Assembly: GCA_042408215.1 (NCBI GenBank)
Contig: JAYFMW010000017.1
Location: 32,001-96,000 of the forward strand
Reading direction: 5' to 3'
Length of the DNA: 64,000 bases
From: Microcoleus sp.
Lineage (GTDB): Bacteria; Cyanobacteriota; Cyanobacteriia; Cyanobacteriales; Microcoleaceae
The position numbers and the translations under genes are program-made. Each line of letters begins with the position of its first letter. The first letter of the stretch is position 1. The notes beneath the pieces are model-generated. The model saw nothing but the letters and a program-made list of their open reading frames with translations, had not been told where the DNA came from and did not search any database. This document shows positions 61,153 to 64,000 of this stretch, piece after piece.

Positions 61153-62361
61153 ATGAAATCCAAGAGCGTACTCTTCCTCAGCAACGGCCACGGCGAAGAC
61201 GCGATTAACTGTCAAATTCTCCAAGCTTTGAGAGCATCTCCCTCGGATGTCGATGTGGCGGCGATGCCGATTGTCGGTGACGGGGCTGCTTACGGGCGAT
61301 CGGGCGTACCGATGATTGGGCCCACCAGTAAAATGCCGTCAGGCGGCGTTTTTTACATGAATCCCCTGTTTTTGCTCCAAGATCTTGGGGCCGGGCTGAT
61401 TGCTTTGACATGGCAGCAATTGCGGGCTGTTTGGAGCCATTCGCGCCACTGCGATTTAGTTGTGGCGACTGGGGATATTGTAGCTGCCGCGATCGCTCAT
61501 TTGACCGATCGCCCCTATATAATTTTTCTGTCCGCTCATTCTAGTTATTATGAAGGTCGAGTCAATTTAGGTTTAGTCTTGTGGAAATTGCTTTCCTCGC
61601 CTCGATGTCTGGCAGTATTTACTAGAGATGCCTTGACTGCTGCCGACTTAAATCGACAGGGTTTAAAGAAAGCCAAATTTGTCGGCAATCCCGTCATGGA
61701 CAACCTAAATTATACTGGCAAAGATTTGCAATTAATCCCCGGAGTTCGGACGATCGCCCTCCTCCCCGGTTCTCGCCTCCCGGAAGCTAACCACAATCTA
61801 ATTCTGCTGCTGAAATTGGTAAAAGAAATTGCGGCTGTCTCTGCTATACCCGTCCAGTTTCGCGCTGCTTTAGTTCCAAGTTTGATGCCAGAATTAGATC
61901 GTATTGCCGCGCGGTCTGGCTGGCAACACCAATCGGGAAAGCTAATTATTCAAGGCATCAAACAGTCTTTTTGTCAACAGCAATTAGCCGTTGAGGTACT
62001 TTGCTATTCCGATGCTTTTGCCGATATTTTGCAGCAATCTAGTTTAGTAATTGGCATGACAGGAACTGCTGTAGAACAAGCCGTTGGCTTGGGAAAACCT
62101 GTAATTGCCGTACCGGGAAACGGCCCATCTTTCACCTATAGATTTGCTGAAGCTCAACACAGACTTTTAGGTAATTCTGTACAGGTAATTGGCACAAAAC
62201 CAGCAAATAATGATATTATTAAACAAGCTGCTTTAGCGCTATATCGAACTTTGCAAGATGATAATTATTTAGCAAGTTGCGTGAAAAATGGCTTAGAAAG
62301 AATGGGGCGATCGGGCGCTAGCATCAAGATTGCTAACTACCTGGTAAAATATCTAAACTAG
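61153..62361 (+). CDS. Lipid-A-disaccharide synthase-related protein
   Basis: LSNGHGED, PIVG.G, MPSGG, GNPVMD, LLPGSR.PEA, GTAVEQAVGLGKP; start at MKSK (61153) because the upstream codons are element DNA. Confidence 0.9.
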   Translation: MKSKSVLFLSNGHGEDAINCQILQALRASPSDVDVAAMPIVGDGAAYGRSGVPMIGPTSKMPSGGVFYMNPLFLLQDLGAGLIALTWQQLRAVWSHSRHCDLVVATGDIVAAAIAHLTDRPYIIFLSAHSSYYEGRVNLGLVLWKLLSSPRCLAVFTRDALTAADLNRQGLKKAKFVGNPVMDNLNYTGKDLQLIPGVRTIALLPGSRLPEANHNLILLLKLVKEIAAVSAIPVQFRAALVPSLMPELDRIAARSGWQHQSGKLIIQGIKQSFCQQQLAVEVLCYSDAFADILQQSSLVIGMTGTAVEQAVGLGKPVIAVPGNGPSFTYRFAEAQHRLLGNSVQVIGTKPANNDIIKQAALALYRTLQDDNYLASCVKNGLERMGRSGASIKIANYLVKYLN

Positions 62362-62459
62362 AGCAATATGGGTAGCCAGAAACCGGGTTTTTGCTGAGAA
62401 TACCCGTCACAAAACTCAGAAACGGCAAAAAACCCGGTTTCTTTGGTCGGAGTGCGCTA

Positions 62460-63161
62460 TTATTTCAGCAACTCAGAAACAGTTTTAAATGCGTAACCTT
62501 TCGACTGCAAAGTCTTGACAATCATGTCAGTTGCTGCTACAGTTTTAGAGCGATCGCCCCCGCCGTCATGCATCACCACAATCGAACCCGATCGCACATT
62601 GTCAATCACCCGATTTGCAATATCTTCCGCCGAGTGCGTTTTTTCATAATCTTGCGAATCCACATCCCACATAATCAGTTTTTTGTGCATTTGCGACAGC
62701 AAATAAGGCAAAACTACAAATCTCCGACCCCAAGGCGGCCGAAAACTAATACTCTCCTGCTTAACACCCAATTCCAGCAAAAGTTTGTCTGTTTTTGCAA
62801 TTTCCGACAACAAAAACTCGCGGGGTTTAAACATCATATCCTTGTGGGAGTAGGAATGGTTTCCCAACTCATTTCCCCTCGCAATAATCATCGGCACGAT
62901 TTCTGGATGTTTCTCAATATTGCGGCCAATTTCAAAAAAAGTTGCTTTAACTTGGTAGCGCTCTAAAACATCTAAAAGCTGATTTGTATAGGGAGGATAG
63001 GGGCCGTCATCGTAGGTAATCGCCACAACTTTCTCTCGAATATCAGCGCGGTTAAAACCTAAAAAATTGTGAAATTTAGTAACTCTTATCAACAGCGATA
63101 CTGCAAAAAAAAACGCTATTGTGAAAAGCAGAAACTTTTGTAAATTTTTACCGATTCGCAT
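62460..63161 (-). CDS. Polysaccharide deacetylase (NodB/CE4)
   Basis: ITYDDGP, GNHSYSH, FRPPWG, IVVMHDG; N-terminal TM helix from ATG 63161. Confidence 0.92.
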   Translation of the reverse strand: MRIGKNLQKFLLFTIAFFFAVSLLIRVTKFHNFLGFNRADIREKVVAITYDDGPYPPYTNQLLDVLERYQVKATFFEIGRNIEKHPEIVPMIIARGNELGNHSYSHKDMMFKPREFLLSEIAKTDKLLLELGVKQESISFRPPWGRRFVVLPYLLSQMHKKLIMWDVDSQDYEKTHSAEDIANRVIDNVRSGSIVVMHDGGGDRSKTVAATDMIVKTLQSKGYAFKTVSELLK

Positions 63162-63352
63162 AGTTGCACGCACTCGTTCGTGGGTAAGTCCTATTGATGT
63201 CAGATTATAGCACGATCCGGGGCAGATTAGTCTTAACATTATCCTGAAGAAAAATGTTAGACTCATAAGAGATCTTACCTACTCATAATTCGACCTTTGA
63301 GACTAGAGACAAAAAAAAGCTGTAGTTCACAAGTACGAAAGCGAACTCCATT

Positions 63353-64000
63353 ATGATTTCACTGCCAGATATCACAATTGTCAGCCAAATTTACGAAAGT
63401 GCTAACTCACTCGTATACCGAGGCATCCTGAATCAAAATCAGCAACCATTGATTTTGAAACTCCTCAAACAGGAGTATCCGAACCCAGCCGAACTCTACC
63501 GCTATCAGCAGGAATACGAAATCACTTGCCGTCTTAATTTCAAGGGAACGATTAAAGCCTACGAACTGCGAAAATATCAGAACACACAAGTTATGTTGTT
63601 GGAGGATTTTGGCGGAGAGTCATTAAAAATCCTACTGGAACGTCGTACCTTTTCAGTATCAGAATTTCTCCACCTTGCCATCCAAATTACACAGGCTTTA
63701 GGCAAAGTTCATCAAAACAAAGTCATTCACAAAGATCTCAATTCATCTAACCTTGTCTTGAATCCTCAAACCAAACAATTAAAAATCATTGACTTTGGCT
63801 TATCTACCATCCTATCCCAAGAAAATCCCAGCCTCAAAAGTCCTAATCTTCTAGAAGGAACATTAGCTTATATTTCCCCCGAACAAACAGGACGGATGAA
63901 TCGAGTAATCGACTACCGCACCGACTTTTATTCTCTGGGCGTTACTTTCTATGAACTGCTAACCAACCAGTTGCCTTTTGAATCCGTCGATGCCCTTGAA
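63353..64000 (+). CDS. Partial Ser/Thr kinase (N-terminus of an AAA-ATPase/kinase hybrid sensor), runs off window end
   Basis: MISLPDITIVSQIYESANSLVYRG..., [43 protein letters not shown]. Confidence 0.9.
   Translation, partial: MISLPDITIVSQIYESANSLVYRGILNQNQQPLILKLLKQEYPNPAELYRYQQEYEITCRLNFKGTIKAYELRKYQNTQVMLLEDFGGESLKILLERRTFSVSEFLHLAIQITQALGKVHQNKVIHKDLNSSNLVLNPQTKQLKIIDFGLSTILSQENPSLKSPNLLEGTLAYISPEQTGRMNRVIDYRTDFYSLGVTFYELLTNQLPFESVDALE

Overview
A 64-kb chromosomal window from a filamentous cyanobacterium. HIP1 (GCGATCGC) is abundant, 7-nt STRR tandem repeats are present and palindromic MITE/REP-like repeats are dense; an Oscillatoriales/Microcoleus-like source is inferred. Genes include an EPS/PEP-CTERM locus, aspA, asnS, pepA, pmgA, trxA, a GuaB3-type gene, M16 peptidases, a lytic transglycosylase, large sensor kinases, cydAB and the sRNA Yfr1. 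Three things stand out. (1) A putative copper-starvation regulon: petR/petP-like genes lie divergent from mbnP-mbnH, and a near-identical 20-bp operator (18/20) precedes both mbnP and a DsbD_2-type membrane protein/N-terminal-His protein pair that sits upstream of the copper-free oxidase cydAB. (2) Five protein-less IS200/IS605-type mini-elements retain guide-RNA scaffolds, including a stand-alone IscB-type omega/HEARO RNA. Three of them abut ATGA, two sit exactly at gene start codons, and two are twins that differ by an unrelated internal 58-72 nt segment. (3) Palindromic repeats are inserted in frame inside several proteins. Several pseudogenes and single-base frameshifts are also visible. 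All calls come from reading motifs by eye; no database searches were run.
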